Shown in pieces: positions 28,049-37,521 of a stretch of DNA of 42,158 bases. A model generated the notes under the pieces. That model worked only from the letters and a program-made list of their open reading frames with translations. It made no database searches and was not told where the DNA came from. The stretch comes from Faecousia sp. (GTDB lineage Bacteria > Bacillota > Clostridia > Oscillospirales > Oscillospiraceae), in NCBI GenBank assembly GCA_045659525.1, contig JAZOXE010000104.1, positions 1-42,158 on the forward strand, in the 5' to 3' direction. Position 1 is the first letter of the stretch. Each line of letters opens with the position of its first letter. The translations under genes and the position numbers were made by a program.

Positions 28049-28302
28049 GTTATTTTTTACAAATTTCCCGATTCTGACATTTTTTTATTGACATAGCACA
28101 ATTATCCACCCGGAATAAAAAATGCGGCTATGCGCCCGAAAATAGCATTATTGGTAACATGGTTACAAAATCAGTAACCACAAACAACTTAATATAGACA
28201 ATTTCTAAAACAGGCCCGTTTATGTAAGGGCCAGAAACGTACCTGTTTTTCCGGCATATTTCTGGCCCTTTCGCAGAAAAAGGATTTAACATTCCTTAAC
28301 AT

Positions 28303-29844
28303 TCAATGTACTTTCACGCCCCTTGACATCGCGCCATACGGCTTTATGTTGCCGTCTGCTATCTCTTTTTCATAGATGCCGCACAACGCATCTTCAATAT
28401 CATCATGCACATTTGCATCGAACTTCCGCAGGAATCCGGTTATATGATTGTACGCCTTTTCAAACCTCTTTTCCCAGCCGATAGGCATGATGATATGCTG
28501 ATTCACAAACGGGGCGTTTGTCACGATTCTGGATTCCTTGTTTCCGCTCTGGTAGAATGGAACGGTCAATGCACGAACTTTCTTCTTTACAACCTTTTCA
28601 AACTGACTGCCGCCGTTGTTCGATTCTATCCATGCCTTTTGTACGTTGTTCGCATTTATCATCCTCGGTACGGTCACGGTCGTTATATCGGTTGATTCAT
28701 CCGTATATTCCATGTCCGTTACCAGAGCAAACAACAACGGTTCGAATCTCTTGTTATGTTCATTCCATATCTGGCTGTCCGATTTGTATATGTCATACGT
28801 TATCGCCGCAAGGTAGTCTTCGCCTTCATCTGCAACATCAACATAACAGCCTGTACGGATGTACTGCCCCCAATCCGCCTTTTCCGTCCATGTCTTGAAC
28901 GGCTGGTACAGCCGCCCTTCCGCGCTGCCCGGATGCCCTTGATATAGACACTGGAATCCGACCGGGTCAATCTCACGCTGCAACCGCAACCGCTCAAGAG
29001 AATGACGCTCCGGCCATAACGCTTCGCCCGGCTCCCGCACATCGAGTTCGGTCGGCGGACCGGTCTTGATGGCTTCAAAATTGACCAACACCCAAGCATC
29101 GCCCACATCTTCCAAATCATCCCAAGATTCCGCCATGATTACTTTCTCGGAATCTATTATCTTGCCGATGATATCTTCCGGATGCCAGCGCGTAAAGACG
29201 ATTAATTGCTGGCTTTCATTGTGCAGACGTGTCCGGGCTACCTTCGTATACCAATCCCACGCGGAAGCACGCACCATCGGGCTGTTCGCTTCCTGTGCAT
29301 CCTTATACAAATCATCCATGATAAGAACATCGGCGGTCTTTGATGTCAGAGAACCACCGCGACCGACTACGCGCAAATATCCTGTATGGCCTACGATTTC
29401 AAAAACATCTGAATTTCGCAGATAGTTGCTTGATACGGTCACAACGTTCGACCCGTTCAATTTCGTGTCCGGGAAAACATCTGCATATTCCCGGGAATCA
29501 ATTATACGCTGTACATCCCGGTTGAAATCCTTCGCGACGGTCGCTGCATAGGAACAAATGACAATCTTCGTGTCTGGCCTGTGACCGAGAATGTATGCCG
29601 GAACAAGTCGGCTGCTTAATTCCGACTTTCCATGCTGCGGGGCTGCCTGCATAATAAGGTTCTTTATCTCCCTGTTGGCAAACTTTTGCAGAATCCGCAT
29701 ATAAGACCGATGGAACGGCGTAACTTGATACGTTGGTCTGATATACCTTGCAAACCATTCCAGCCGCCTTCGCGCCGCTTCTTGCATAAATAAACCGGGA
29801 TTCTCTGACAGAATCCGCGTTATCTGCATTGTGCTAATGTCCAT
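28303..29844 (-). CDS. terL: Terminase large subunit
   Basis: Walker A PQHGKS, Walker B LIMDD, TRWH, YQG.P, C-terminal HDDIEDA. Confidence 0.95.
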   Translation of the reverse strand: MDISTMQITRILSENPGLFMQEAARRRLEWFARYIRPTYQVTPFHRSYMRILQKFANREIKNLIMQAAPQHGKSELSSRLVPAYILGHRPDTKIVICSYAATVAKDFNRDVQRIIDSREYADVFPDTKLNGSNVVTVSSNYLRNSDVFEIVGHTGYLRVVGRGGSLTSKTADVLIMDDLYKDAQEANSPMVRASAWDWYTKVARTRLHNESQQLIVFTRWHPEDIIGKIIDSEKVIMAESWDDLEDVGDAWVLVNFEAIKTGPPTELDVREPGEALWPERHSLERLRLQREIDPVGFQCLYQGHPGSAEGRLYQPFKTWTEKADWGQYIRTGCYVDVADEGEDYLAAITYDIYKSDSQIWNEHNKRFEPLLFALVTDMEYTDESTDITTVTVPRMINANNVQKAWIESNNGGSQFEKVVKKKVRALTVPFYQSGNKESRIVTNAPFVNQHIIMPIGWEKRFEKAYNHITGFLRKFDANVHDDIEDALCGIYEKEIADGNIKPYGAMSRGVKVH

Positions 29845-30370
29845 CCTTATTTATTGCATCAATGACCTGCGCTAACAGTTCATCCGGGACATTCGCCAGA
29901 CTGACATTCGATTTCGTTTCCGTTTCTATCTTCCCGGTTATGTCTTGCTGTACCCGGTTCTGCCAATGCTCCGGGTCGCGGTTGCACAGAGCAAATATAA
30001 CGGCTGTCACATTTGGCAGGATTCGTTTTGTTGTCGTTGTCTGTTTCTTGATTCTCGGAGCACCGGGGTTCATCGGGTCTTGTTCATATTCCGTCTTTAC
30101 CTCGTCATACTCCATCCCGCAAATCAATGTTTTCAACGACTTTTTCGCATCAGCCAATATCCCGCGCTGTTCCCATTCTTCAAACACCGCCTTTGCCCTT
30201 TTAACAGCGTCCTTAAAGTCTGAATTTTCATCAATCCATCTGTAAAACGTTGATTTTGCAATTCCTCCTATTGCCGCTGCCGTTTCATAGGTTTCACCCC
30301 TTTCTATTGCTTCGCATATTTTTTTCACCCTGTCCGGGGTGCATATCGGCGTTCTTCCAATCTTGCCCAT
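29834..30370 (-). CDS. terS: Terminase small subunit
   Basis: N-terminal HTH (GIAKSTFYRW), PNVTAVIFALCNR; directly upstream of terL. Confidence 0.8.
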   Translation of the reverse strand: MGKIGRTPICTPDRVKKICEAIERGETYETAAAIGGIAKSTFYRWIDENSDFKDAVKRAKAVFEEWEQRGILADAKKSLKTLICGMEYDEVKTEYEQDPMNPGAPRIKKQTTTTKRILPNVTAVIFALCNRDPEHWQNRVQQDITGKIETETKSNVSLANVPDELLAQVIDAINKDGH

Positions 30371-30372
30371 GA

Positions 30373-31278
30373 TTATTTCCGTTTAGGTTCGTTTGTAAAC
30401 GGGACATCTTCCGGATAACTGTCCCAAGCAATATTATCGGAGCCGCCCGGAATCCTCAATATTTTCGGCCCGAGATACCTGTAATTTATCAAATGATGCA
30501 GCCTGCCGCCATTCTTGACCTGCTTTGTCGCCTTTATCGCGCTCGGATATTGTATTACCGTAACAAGCGACTTTTTCAGCAGTTTATTTTCCACGTAATT
30601 GTCCGTAAGACCGCCTTTCTGTGTCGCGCTCGGCATTTGATGCAGCACCAACCCATCGGCGCAGGAACCCGTAAAATAGCCTTCGTTCCAGAGTCCGGCA
30701 TATTGTGATGTATCAACATCCAATACGCCACGCTCCCCGCGATATATATACGGAAGCAGATAGAATTTCGTATTCATTACCTTTCTGATATAGTAATAAC
30801 GATTCTCACCGCCTATATAATCCCCGCTCTGTGACAGACCGAAACAGCCAATCTTTCTTTTACGCATAAATTCTTCCACTTCCGAGAACACTTCCCGCAC
30901 CAATTCACCATCGCCCTTGCCGCCATTCCTTCCGAACCTCTTTATCTCAAATCCCGTTGAATCATCATCCTGTTCGCAGTAGAAATCCACGCCTATCGCC
31001 TTCGCGTAGTCTTGCATCATGTTCTGTGCCTGTCCCGTGCTTCGTCTGGATACCGATGGCCGATGGACATAATCATAACGTGCCCGTGCTTCATCCATTC
31101 TGAATATATGCAGCCTGCATCCGAAGCGGCTGCATGTCTTTTCGTACAGTGCCGCATCATCTGCTTCATCATCTATCAGAACGTGAATCTTACCGGGTTC
31201 CCATCCAAGATTTAAAAACAGTTCCACCGTCTTTAAATTGTCCGGTCTGTGATATGATGCTATAAATATATCAGTCAT
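30373..31278 (-). CDS. GT-A fold glycosyltransferase, putative DNA base modification
   Basis: IFIASYHR, QDDD (DxD), D.D.S, QKGGLTDNY, RLHH motifs. Confidence 0.75.
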   Translation of the reverse strand: MTDIFIASYHRPDNLKTVELFLNLGWEPGKIHVLIDDEADDAALYEKTCSRFGCRLHIFRMDEARARYDYVHRPSVSRRSTGQAQNMMQDYAKAIGVDFYCEQDDDSTGFEIKRFGRNGGKGDGELVREVFSEVEEFMRKRKIGCFGLSQSGDYIGGENRYYYIRKVMNTKFYLLPYIYRGERGVLDVDTSQYAGLWNEGYFTGSCADGLVLHQMPSATQKGGLTDNYVENKLLKKSLVTVIQYPSAIKATKQVKNGGRLHHLINYRYLGPKILRIPGGSDNIAWDSYPEDVPFTNEPKRK

Positions 31279-32026
31279 TTTCGATGTTTGCTTCTTTCTC
31301 TGTTGCCATCCCCGCGATTCTCAACAGGTCATCTTCGATGAACCCTTCCGCACCGCTGTCTATCAGAACCAGCCGCAGCCGCTCCATTATCTTTTTTTCC
31401 TCGTCTGTCGCATTGAAGTAATAATAATTTGCAACCTGTTCAAAGTCAATCTTCAAGAATCTGTAACAGAACCACCGCAAGACATCCTTCGCCTTCTTCG
31501 GAATCTGCGATTTTTCCACCGCTTCTATCTTTGCATTGAACTTTTCAAAGTCTATGCAATCAAGCAGTTCAACATCCGGGGATTCCTTCGGCTCGTAATA
31601 CATTGGAGTATATTTCAAGTCAGACAGCATTTCCGTCATTTTCTTTTGCTTGATTTCCGCTCCCCATTTATCAAAGACCGCCCCCCCCCATTGCTCGCGT
31701 ATTTCCGCAAGTTTTTCATCATTCCACTTGCCAGAATGCGTGTTATCCTTAATCATTATTTCGTCTTCCTCGGCTTCCGTAAGGCCGGGGATGAGAATTG
31801 TCGGAACTTCTTTCATTCCAAGCAATGCCGCCGATGCCGACCTCTGTTCTCCCGCAATGATTATCAGTTCGCCGGTTCTGTCAGACAACAGAATCGGCCT
31901 TGCTTCAAAAAATTTCGGATTGCCCTTTATGCTTTCAGCCAATCTTTTTTTTTCTTCCGGCTGTATGTTTCGCGGGTTCTTCGGATTCGGCTTGATGTCT
32001 GCAAGCGGTCTGTATATGATTTCCAT
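31271..32026 (-). CDS. ParB/Srx-like domain fused to a glycosyltransferase-associated domain
   Basis: IKPNPKNPR, IIAGEQR, IKDN..SGKW; C-terminal YEPK...ANYY...MERLRLVLID. Confidence 0.75.
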   Translation of the reverse strand: MEIIYRPLADIKPNPKNPRNIQPEEKKRLAESIKGNPKFFEARPILLSDRTGELIIIAGEQRSASAALLGMKEVPTILIPGLTEAEEDEIMIKDNTHSGKWNDEKLAEIREQWGGAVFDKWGAEIKQKKMTEMLSDLKYTPMYYEPKESPDVELLDCIDFEKFNAKIEAVEKSQIPKKAKDVLRWFCYRFLKIDFEQVANYYYFNATDEEKKIMERLRLVLIDSGAEGFIEDDLLRIAGMATEKEANIEND

Positions 32027-32056
32027 AAAAAAAGCGGGGGCGTTTGTGCCCCGCTT
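32027..32056 (-). terminator. Intrinsic terminator after ardC-like gene
   Basis: AAGCGGGG-loop-CCCCGCTT followed by a T run abutting the next ATG. Confidence 0.7.
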
Positions 32057-32080
32057 GCAAATATCGGAAAAATTTCCCGT

Positions 32081-32935
32081 TTATCCAAGAATATATTTCG
32101 CCGCTTTCTCCGCCCGGCTGGATGCCCAGACAATCATTTTCTGGTCGTTCTTCAACGCCTGTATCCAGTTCTGCAAGTAAGCAACCGTATTGCGGAAACT
32201 TTTCTTTGATTCCACATTTGCCACGCTGCACAGCATCGCGCTTCCCATCTCCGCAACAAGTTCCTCGCGGCTGTAATCCTCATTCCCGAAGTATGCGCCC
32301 CTGTTGTCGGCCACCCTGTCACAGCGGTTCGCCTTCATCGTGCTGTGCACAAGTTCATGGAAAGACGTGCTGTAATATTCCGCGATGTCCGTGTACTGTT
32401 CCGGCATCGGAACGACCACCGCATCACTGACCGGAGAATAGAATGCCTTTGTGCTTTTGCGGTCATTCTGGAATTTCAATCCTTCCCGCTCCACATATGC
32501 CGCGATGATAGCATCTGCATTGGCATCCATTTCCGGAGCCTGTGCCAGTTCTTCCGGCTTGATTTTGCTTTCGATGCCTTCCGTCTGATTCAGATGGAAC
32601 ACGTTGTAATATTTCAAAAGCGGATACGTCTTGATAACATCCTCGCCCTGTTCATTCTGCTTCGTGACCTTCACCATCTCAAAATACACAACAAAACGGC
32701 TTTTCGCACCTTTCTTGACCATCCCGCCCATTTTCTTTATCTGTCCGAATGTCAGATACTCGCCCGTTTCACCCAGCAGCCACTGATTCAGCATCGAATA
32801 AGCCTTGCGCGTAGTGTAGGAAATTGCTGCATCCTCATTACCGCCATTCCACGGCTTCATCCACGGAATGATGCCTTTGTTCATCTGTTCAATGATTCTG
32901 TCCGTTACAATCTGGTAAACATTAATCCTTTCCAT
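32081..32935 (-). CDS. ardC: ArdC-like antirestriction ssDNA-binding protein with zincin domain
   Basis: GIIPWMKPW, Y..LNQ, VKKGAK, YNVF...Q, HELVHS, YSREELVAE, AYLQNW. Confidence 0.9.
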   Translation of the reverse strand: MERINVYQIVTDRIIEQMNKGIIPWMKPWNGGNEDAAISYTTRKAYSMLNQWLLGETGEYLTFGQIKKMGGMVKKGAKSRFVVYFEMVKVTKQNEQGEDVIKTYPLLKYYNVFHLNQTEGIESKIKPEELAQAPEMDANADAIIAAYVEREGLKFQNDRKSTKAFYSPVSDAVVVPMPEQYTDIAEYYSTSFHELVHSTMKANRCDRVADNRGAYFGNEDYSREELVAEMGSAMLCSVANVESKKSFRNTVAYLQNWIQALKNDQKMIVWASSRAEKAAKYILG

Positions 32936-32953
32936 TGTATTTTGTGTTTTTTT

Positions 32954-33053
32954 CTGTGAACCGGCACAGTCCGTTTGTCTTATATTGACGACACAAAAAT
33001 ACAATGGCAATTTCTTTCGACCAAAGGATTTAACATTCCTTAACACATTTTAA
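32954..33053 (-). promoter_or_regulatory. Early promoter plus structured leader, copy 4
   Basis: TTAA at 33030/33040/33050; TTTG 33022-33025; -7 box 32994-33001; leader 32954-32989. Confidence 0.85.
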
Positions 33054-33187
33054 CATTTCCACCTGAACAGCCGGAATGACACGCCATAAAAGAATACGGC
33101 AATCGTCAGATAAAAAGCATCTTCGCCGATTACAAATCCAACCGCCGGAATTAGCAGGAACTGTTCGCGGCTCTCAAATATGACCAT
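33050..33187 (-). CDS. Small hydrophobic protein
   Basis: MVIFESREQFLLIPAVGF..., overlaps upstream gene end. Confidence 0.5.
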   Translation of the reverse strand: MVIFESREQFLLIPAVGFVIGEDAFYLTIAVFFYGVSFRLFRWKC

Positions 33188-33668
33188 ATCGCAATTTTTT
33201 ATACAGTTCCGCACCGATTGCCACCTCTCGCGGATAACACATGATATCATCTTTCGGGACTACCAGATTCCAGATGCCCAATTGTCCTTTTACTGGAATC
33301 TCTACAACCCTTCGCGGGTTTCGCATCAGCCAGCCGTAACCGGTTTTCGGTCTGTATTTTTCCGGTATGCACGTCCGCTCCCAATCCTCGGGCGTGAAAT
33401 CTTCCACCTTCTTGATGTCATACAGTTCCACGAATCCGCAAGCAGCCCCGGATATCCTGCCCGGAATGACCGGCAGAGCCGATGAACATATCAGAAGGTC
33501 TCCACGGAATTTTGTCGGTCTTGTTCTGACTTCGATAGTCTTCGCCGCATGGTATCCATTATCATCCCTTGATATCGCCTGTGTAAGCAAGTCCGCATAA
33601 GGCTGTTTAACGGATAACGCCTTAAAACGCTCATGTAATGCCGGGTTGAATTTATTATCTATCTGCAT
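33174..33668 (-). CDS. ASCH-domain protein
   Basis: ALSVKQPYA, KTIEVR, RGDLLI, PVKGQLGIW. Confidence 0.9.
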   Translation of the reverse strand: MQIDNKFNPALHERFKALSVKQPYADLLTQAISRDDNGYHAAKTIEVRTRPTKFRGDLLICSSALPVIPGRISGAACGFVELYDIKKVEDFTPEDWERTCIPEKYRPKTGYGWLMRNPRRVVEIPVKGQLGIWNLVVPKDDIMCYPREVAIGAELYKKLRYGHI

Positions 33669-33940
33669 AATTCGATGAATTTTTTTCGTATTCTACGCTC
33701 CCATTCCCATCCGGGATTGTCCCATAATGCCATAACATTCCTGCCATGTATTAACCCAGAATGATAAACCCCCATTCCTTTTGCAATGGAATTAATCGAA
33801 TGACTTTCCATCATTTTTTCCGCTATTATCCACCTGCAAGCCGGTAGCGGCCATGAACGTCTGTGGCTCAATATATCCGTAACGCTCTGGCCGCTGACCT
33901 CTGCCATTATTCCCGCATAACGCTCAAGTTCTTCTGTCAT
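33659..33940 (-). CDS. HTH protein (DnaA C-terminal-like)
   Basis: DILSHRR...R.II...SINSIA....HS.LIHG. Confidence 0.6.
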   Translation of the reverse strand: MTEELERYAGIMAEVSGQSVTDILSHRRSWPLPACRWIIAEKMMESHSINSIAKGMGVYHSGLIHGRNVMALWDNPGWEWERRIRKKFIELCR

Positions 33941-34308
33941 TCGTACAACGGACACGGTTCGACATAATCATCATCCTGTTTCTTCGGTGACAACAGTTCC
34001 AGTTCTTCGACAACGATTTCCATCATCTTCCGCATCTGGCCGTTGCTCTCGTATTTGTGTTCCTGTATCTTCCCGACCACAAGAAGCGGCATCCCCTTTC
34101 TGACATACTTTTCGCATACCTCTGCCAAACCGGGCTGTCGGACCACAATGTTATGCCATGTCGTCTGCGCTTCTATCTCCCGGCCATCCCGTAATTTATA
34201 TCCTCTTTCCGTTGTGGCAAGAGAAAAAGAAGCCATCTTGCCGCCGTTCTGGAATGTCGTTATCTTCGGTTCCTGCCCGACATTCCCCCTCAAAAAAACC
34301 TTGTTCAT
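33937..34308 (-). CDS. ssb: Single-stranded DNA-binding protein
   Basis: MNKVFLRGNVGQEP, FSLAT, TTWHNIV, KG..LLVVGK. Confidence 0.95.
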   Translation of the reverse strand: MNKVFLRGNVGQEPKITTFQNGGKMASFSLATTERGYKLRDGREIEAQTTWHNIVVRQPGLAEVCEKYVRKGMPLLVVGKIQEHKYESNGQMRKMMEIVVEELELLSPKKQDDDYVEPCPLYE

Positions 34309-34344
34309 TTGCTGTTTGTTTTATGATTACAAAGATAATTAATT

Positions 34345-34767
34345 TCACTTGCCAAATGGCGGATTGCCATATACAGCCCGGACATCCACATCCAGAGCCT
34401 TGCCGCGTTTCTCCATGATGTCTATCTGCAAGTATGCGTTGCTGTGTATTTCGTTATGGCATTCCGGACATAGCAGCATCATGTTACGCCGGTCATCTGC
34501 CAGTTCCGGGAATCTCTCATACGGCAACGCATGGTGCATCTGCATATATTTCTTCACTTCCACGCCGCATATTTCACACCGTTCACCTCTTTCTTTAATC
34601 AAAGCATTCTTTAGCAGGACGATTGTTTTTTCTCTGTCATTGTCCCTTGCCTGTGTTTTGCGCATCTTCATATCTCGTGTCAGATAGAGCCGCCACACAT
34701 GACCGGCCACCTCCGCCGACAGGCGCAGCATCCGCCGGCTGTCAGCCTTGAACATCTTAATATTCAT
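34345..34767 (-). CDS. HNH endonuclease
   Basis: CEICG, MHH, NMMLLCPECHNEIH. Confidence 0.85.
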   Translation of the reverse strand: MNIKMFKADSRRMLRLSAEVAGHVWRLYLTRDMKMRKTQARDNDREKTIVLLKNALIKERGERCEICGVEVKKYMQMHHALPYERFPELADDRRNMMLLCPECHNEIHSNAYLQIDIMEKRGKALDVDVRAVYGNPPFGK

Positions 34768-34785
34768 GCGTTCAGTTGTAAAATA

Positions 34786-35202
34786 TTATTTGACAAATGA
34801 ATAATCCGCCCTCAATGCCGCTATGACACGTTCAGATGCAGGATATATTCGCATATTCTCGCGGGTCGGCCTGTGTTCGTATTGCGCATGATGTTCCGCA
34901 CAGAGAATCATCACGTTTCGCGGGTCGTGCGCCATCTGCGGTTCGCTACCTCTGGAAATGACGTGGCTGATATATGTCGCGGAATATTCCTGCAATGGCC
35001 GCAGACATTCACAGCACATATGCGGAAACCTTTTCCACACCCACCTGTAAAACCTGTTGTTTTCCGCAGGCGTGTGCCCTCTGCCGAACAGTTCAGCCTG
35101 TATTTCCTTCCGCAGTCCTATATCCATTCGGAAACGCTTATCATAAAGCGGCTCGAAACCGTTTCCTTTTATGAAATCATATTCCTGCCGTGTCTTTATC
35201 AT
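34786..35202 (-). CDS. HNH-like nuclease (Ref/NinG-like)
   Basis: CCEC, SH.ISRG, HDPRNVMILCAEHH. Confidence 0.7.
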   Translation of the reverse strand: MIKTRQEYDFIKGNGFEPLYDKRFRMDIGLRKEIQAELFGRGHTPAENNRFYRWVWKRFPHMCCECLRPLQEYSATYISHVISRGSEPQMAHDPRNVMILCAEHHAQYEHRPTRENMRIYPASERVIAALRADYSFVK

Positions 35203-35654
35203 ACGTTGAAATCTTCCAGTTCAGCCGTTTTTCCCTCAAGGATAAAGAGCCGGATTTCTTCAATCAGTTGCGGAATCGCCGCTGTCAGTTCAGCCGCCAC
35301 CGGGCTGTCAGATACCAGCCACCGGACACGCGGTGTTTTGAACTTCGTCTCCCCGTATCCTGTCACTATCCAGCCGGATATTGCCACGCCACGCCTATCT
35401 TCCTTGCCGCAGAAATACACACCGTTCGGAACGATGTTCAATCCTGCATCATCATCCTTCCCGGTCAGCATACGTCCGGCAATCCGTTTCAGTTCATCAT
35501 CAAAATATCTGGACAAATCCGGATGGATTATTCTTGATATCTTGACGTGATAATCATTTACGACCGTAACGCCCGTTTCATCCGTTTCCGCCGTGCGGTA
35601 TCTGCAATCCACGTTCAACGGTTCAATCTTGAATGACTGCAATTCGAATTCCAT
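35199..35654 (-). CDS. Hypothetical protein
   Basis: 151-aa ORF in operon. Confidence 0.75.
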   Translation of the reverse strand: MEFELQSFKIEPLNVDCRYRTAETDETGVTVVNDYHVKISRIIHPDLSRYFDDELKRIAGRMLTGKDDDAGLNIVPNGVYFCGKEDRRGVAISGWIVTGYGETKFKTPRVRWLVSDSPVAAELTAAIPQLIEEIRLFILEGKTAELEDFNV

Positions 35655-35657
35655 GTT

Positions 35658-35843
35658 TCAATTTTTGAGATTCCCCGGTTCCACCGGTACGGGTTCCAGT
35701 TGTGCAACCGCTATTTCCACAAGTTTCTTGATATCCTCCACGATTGCAATTTCGGCCGGATTAGCCTTTTCCTTTCTCTGGTGCGCCAGCCAGTTATCCA
35801 TGTATGCGACATAAAACGCGGGCGCGTTGTGAAATGTTACCAT
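35658..35843 (-). CDS. Hypothetical protein
   Basis: 61-aa ORF. Confidence 0.6.
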   Translation of the reverse strand: MVTFHNAPAFYVAYMDNWLAHQRKEKANPAEIAIVEDIKKLVEIAVAQLEPVPVEPGNLKN

Positions 35844-35930
35844 TATTTTGCTCTGTTTTCTATTTTAAGACATTTTCCTTTTCTGGACATATATTTTCCC
35901 ATCCTTCGCGACAAAGTCCCTTAAAACGGC

Positions 35931-36050
35931 TTATTTTGCCAAAAATCTGATTATGCGTATCAGAGCCGCGGCCAGATTCATACCTACAGCCACGCCTGCG
36001 AAGAAAGCCAGCCAGAATTCGTTGTACCAGAATTTCCCGTTATTGCGCAT
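35931..36050 (-). CDS. Small membrane protein (39 aa)
   Basis: MRNNGKFWYNEFWLAFFAGVAVGMNLAAALIRIIRFLAK. Confidence 0.5.
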   Translation of the reverse strand: MRNNGKFWYNEFWLAFFAGVAVGMNLAAALIRIIRFLAK

Positions 36051-36438
36051 CTTCAATATAGATATAAAGATTCTCTGCCGCATACTGTTGCAGCCACGCG
36101 ATGAAATCTGACATCTGCGGGCCTGTCATCTGTCTGACAGATGTTATCATGCTCCCGTCATCCCTGCAAGGCGTGAACGGATATTCCGACAAAAGAAATT
36201 CTTCCACCCTTTCGACAGACATCCTTTCGCCCGTTTCTGCCATCGCCTTCTGGACTTCCGGAAGAATGTAATTCGCGTAATATGCCATCTGTGCGGTTGT
36301 CATTCCGGGTTCGGCTGCATCAATTCGCACGATAACACGCTTCCCCTTGTTCGACATGAGAAACGCATTCACCCTGTCCATCGGCAAACGCAGTTTACCT
36401 TCATCGCTGATTACACCGCTTTCGCTTATTGTTTTCAT
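36040..36438 (-). CDS. NinB-like protein
   Basis: T.AQMAYY...LP and TSVRQMT..QMSDFI..LQQYAAE pattern. Confidence 0.55.
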   Translation of the reverse strand: MKTISESGVISDEGKLRLPMDRVNAFLMSNKGKRVIVRIDAAEPGMTTAQMAYYANYILPEVQKAMAETGERMSVERVEEFLLSEYPFTPCRDDGSMITSVRQMTGPQMSDFIAWLQQYAAENLYIYIEDAQ

Positions 36439-36701
36439 GCCAGCGTGTTTTCATACCAGTATTCAGTAACATATACCGTTGCACCGTAGCGTGTCCGGAT
36501 GCTGACCTTGCGCCGCTTCAGAACAATTCCCGTTCTGTCCTCGATGCTCCAGACGATAGCAGACAGACGTGTAAATCCGAATTCCTGTATCGCCTTCCAT
36601 GACGTTATCCGCCTTCCTTCCTTTTCCTGCAAATAATACAGTATTGTTTCCCATTGCGATTTCAATTCCGAGCCATCGGCCCTGTGTCCATAATGTGCCA
36701 T
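36435..36701 (-). CDS. Winged-HTH DNA-binding protein
   Basis: SQ...IL.YL...ITS..AI..FG..RLSA.V pattern. Confidence 0.75.
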   Translation of the reverse strand: MAHYGHRADGSELKSQWETILYYLQEKEGRRITSWKAIQEFGFTRLSAIVWSIEDRTGIVLKRRKVSIRTRYGATVYVTEYWYENTLA

Positions 36702-36707
36702 GATAAT

Positions 36708-37106
36708 TTATTTTTTTGAGTTTATTAATGATTCCAATTCCGGATATTTTTCCGCTGCAATCTGGACTATCGTCAAGTTATACGCTTGCTGTCCAAGTTG
36801 CAGGATATACTGTCTTTCCACAAACGGCTTCCAGATTGAATGGTCAAGCATCCCGGCATACAGCCCGGCGAAATCTTCGACCGATACATCCATGAACCGG
36901 TCTATGACGTGCGAAGGCAGTTTGTATCCCTTCGTGCCGCCAAGTTTCCGCATGGCTGCATAACTCGCACGAATCTTTTTCCGGTCATCCCTCTGCACCG
37001 TGAGATATGCAGCCAGATTATCCCGGAATCTGTCAGACCTGATAATATCCGCGATGCTCAATCCTTCCAGAGCATCAGCCATCTTTCTTTTCTGTTCTTC
37101 GTCCAT
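36708..37106 (-). CDS. Hypothetical protein
   Basis: ORF in operon; ATG at 37106. Confidence 0.7.
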   Translation of the reverse strand: MDEEQKRKMADALEGLSIADIIRSDRFRDNLAAYLTVQRDDRKKIRASYAAMRKLGGTKGYKLPSHVIDRFMDVSVEDFAGLYAGMLDHSIWKPFVERQYILQLGQQAYNLTIVQIAAEKYPELESLINSKK

Positions 37107-37107
37107 G

Positions 37108-37521
37108 TTAAAATTCAAATCCAAGTTCTTTTGCCAGTTCCAGCGCTTCTTTCTTCGTATGTACGGATGATGGGATATTCACCAACTCCCCGCTATCCTT
37201 CCGTAAAGCGGAATAAAATTTATCCTTGACATCCGGATAATAGGTTCCGAACGGGTCTTTGCTGATTCCCCAATGTCTGCAACTGCCGTAACGAATCGTC
37301 CAATGGCAACCCGTGGAACCACACCCGCGAATGGCATTTTCCCGGCAACGTGTCGCCTTGAAGAAACGTCCATTCGGTTTCTGGAAAAAGATATATTCGC
37401 TATTGTTTATGTTTTCACAGGAGCAAAGACGTTCCCAATCCTTGCGTATATACGCCTGTTCGCTTTCTGTCAATTCGGACAAATGAAACTTTTCTTTGAG
37501 TTCGCTGTATCTGTATGACAT
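37108..37521 (-). CDS. Hypothetical protein
   Basis: 137-aa ORF. Confidence 0.7.
   Translation of the reverse strand: MSYRYSELKEKFHLSELTESEQAYIRKDWERLCSCENINNSEYIFFQKPNGRFFKATRCRENAIRGCGSTGCHWTIRYGSCRHWGISKDPFGTYYPDVKDKFYSALRKDSGELVNIPSSVHTKKEALELAKELGFEF

Noticed and set aside
31271-32026. Plasmid partition ParB
   Set aside because: No ParA and no HTH after the ParB domain; context is modification/packaging
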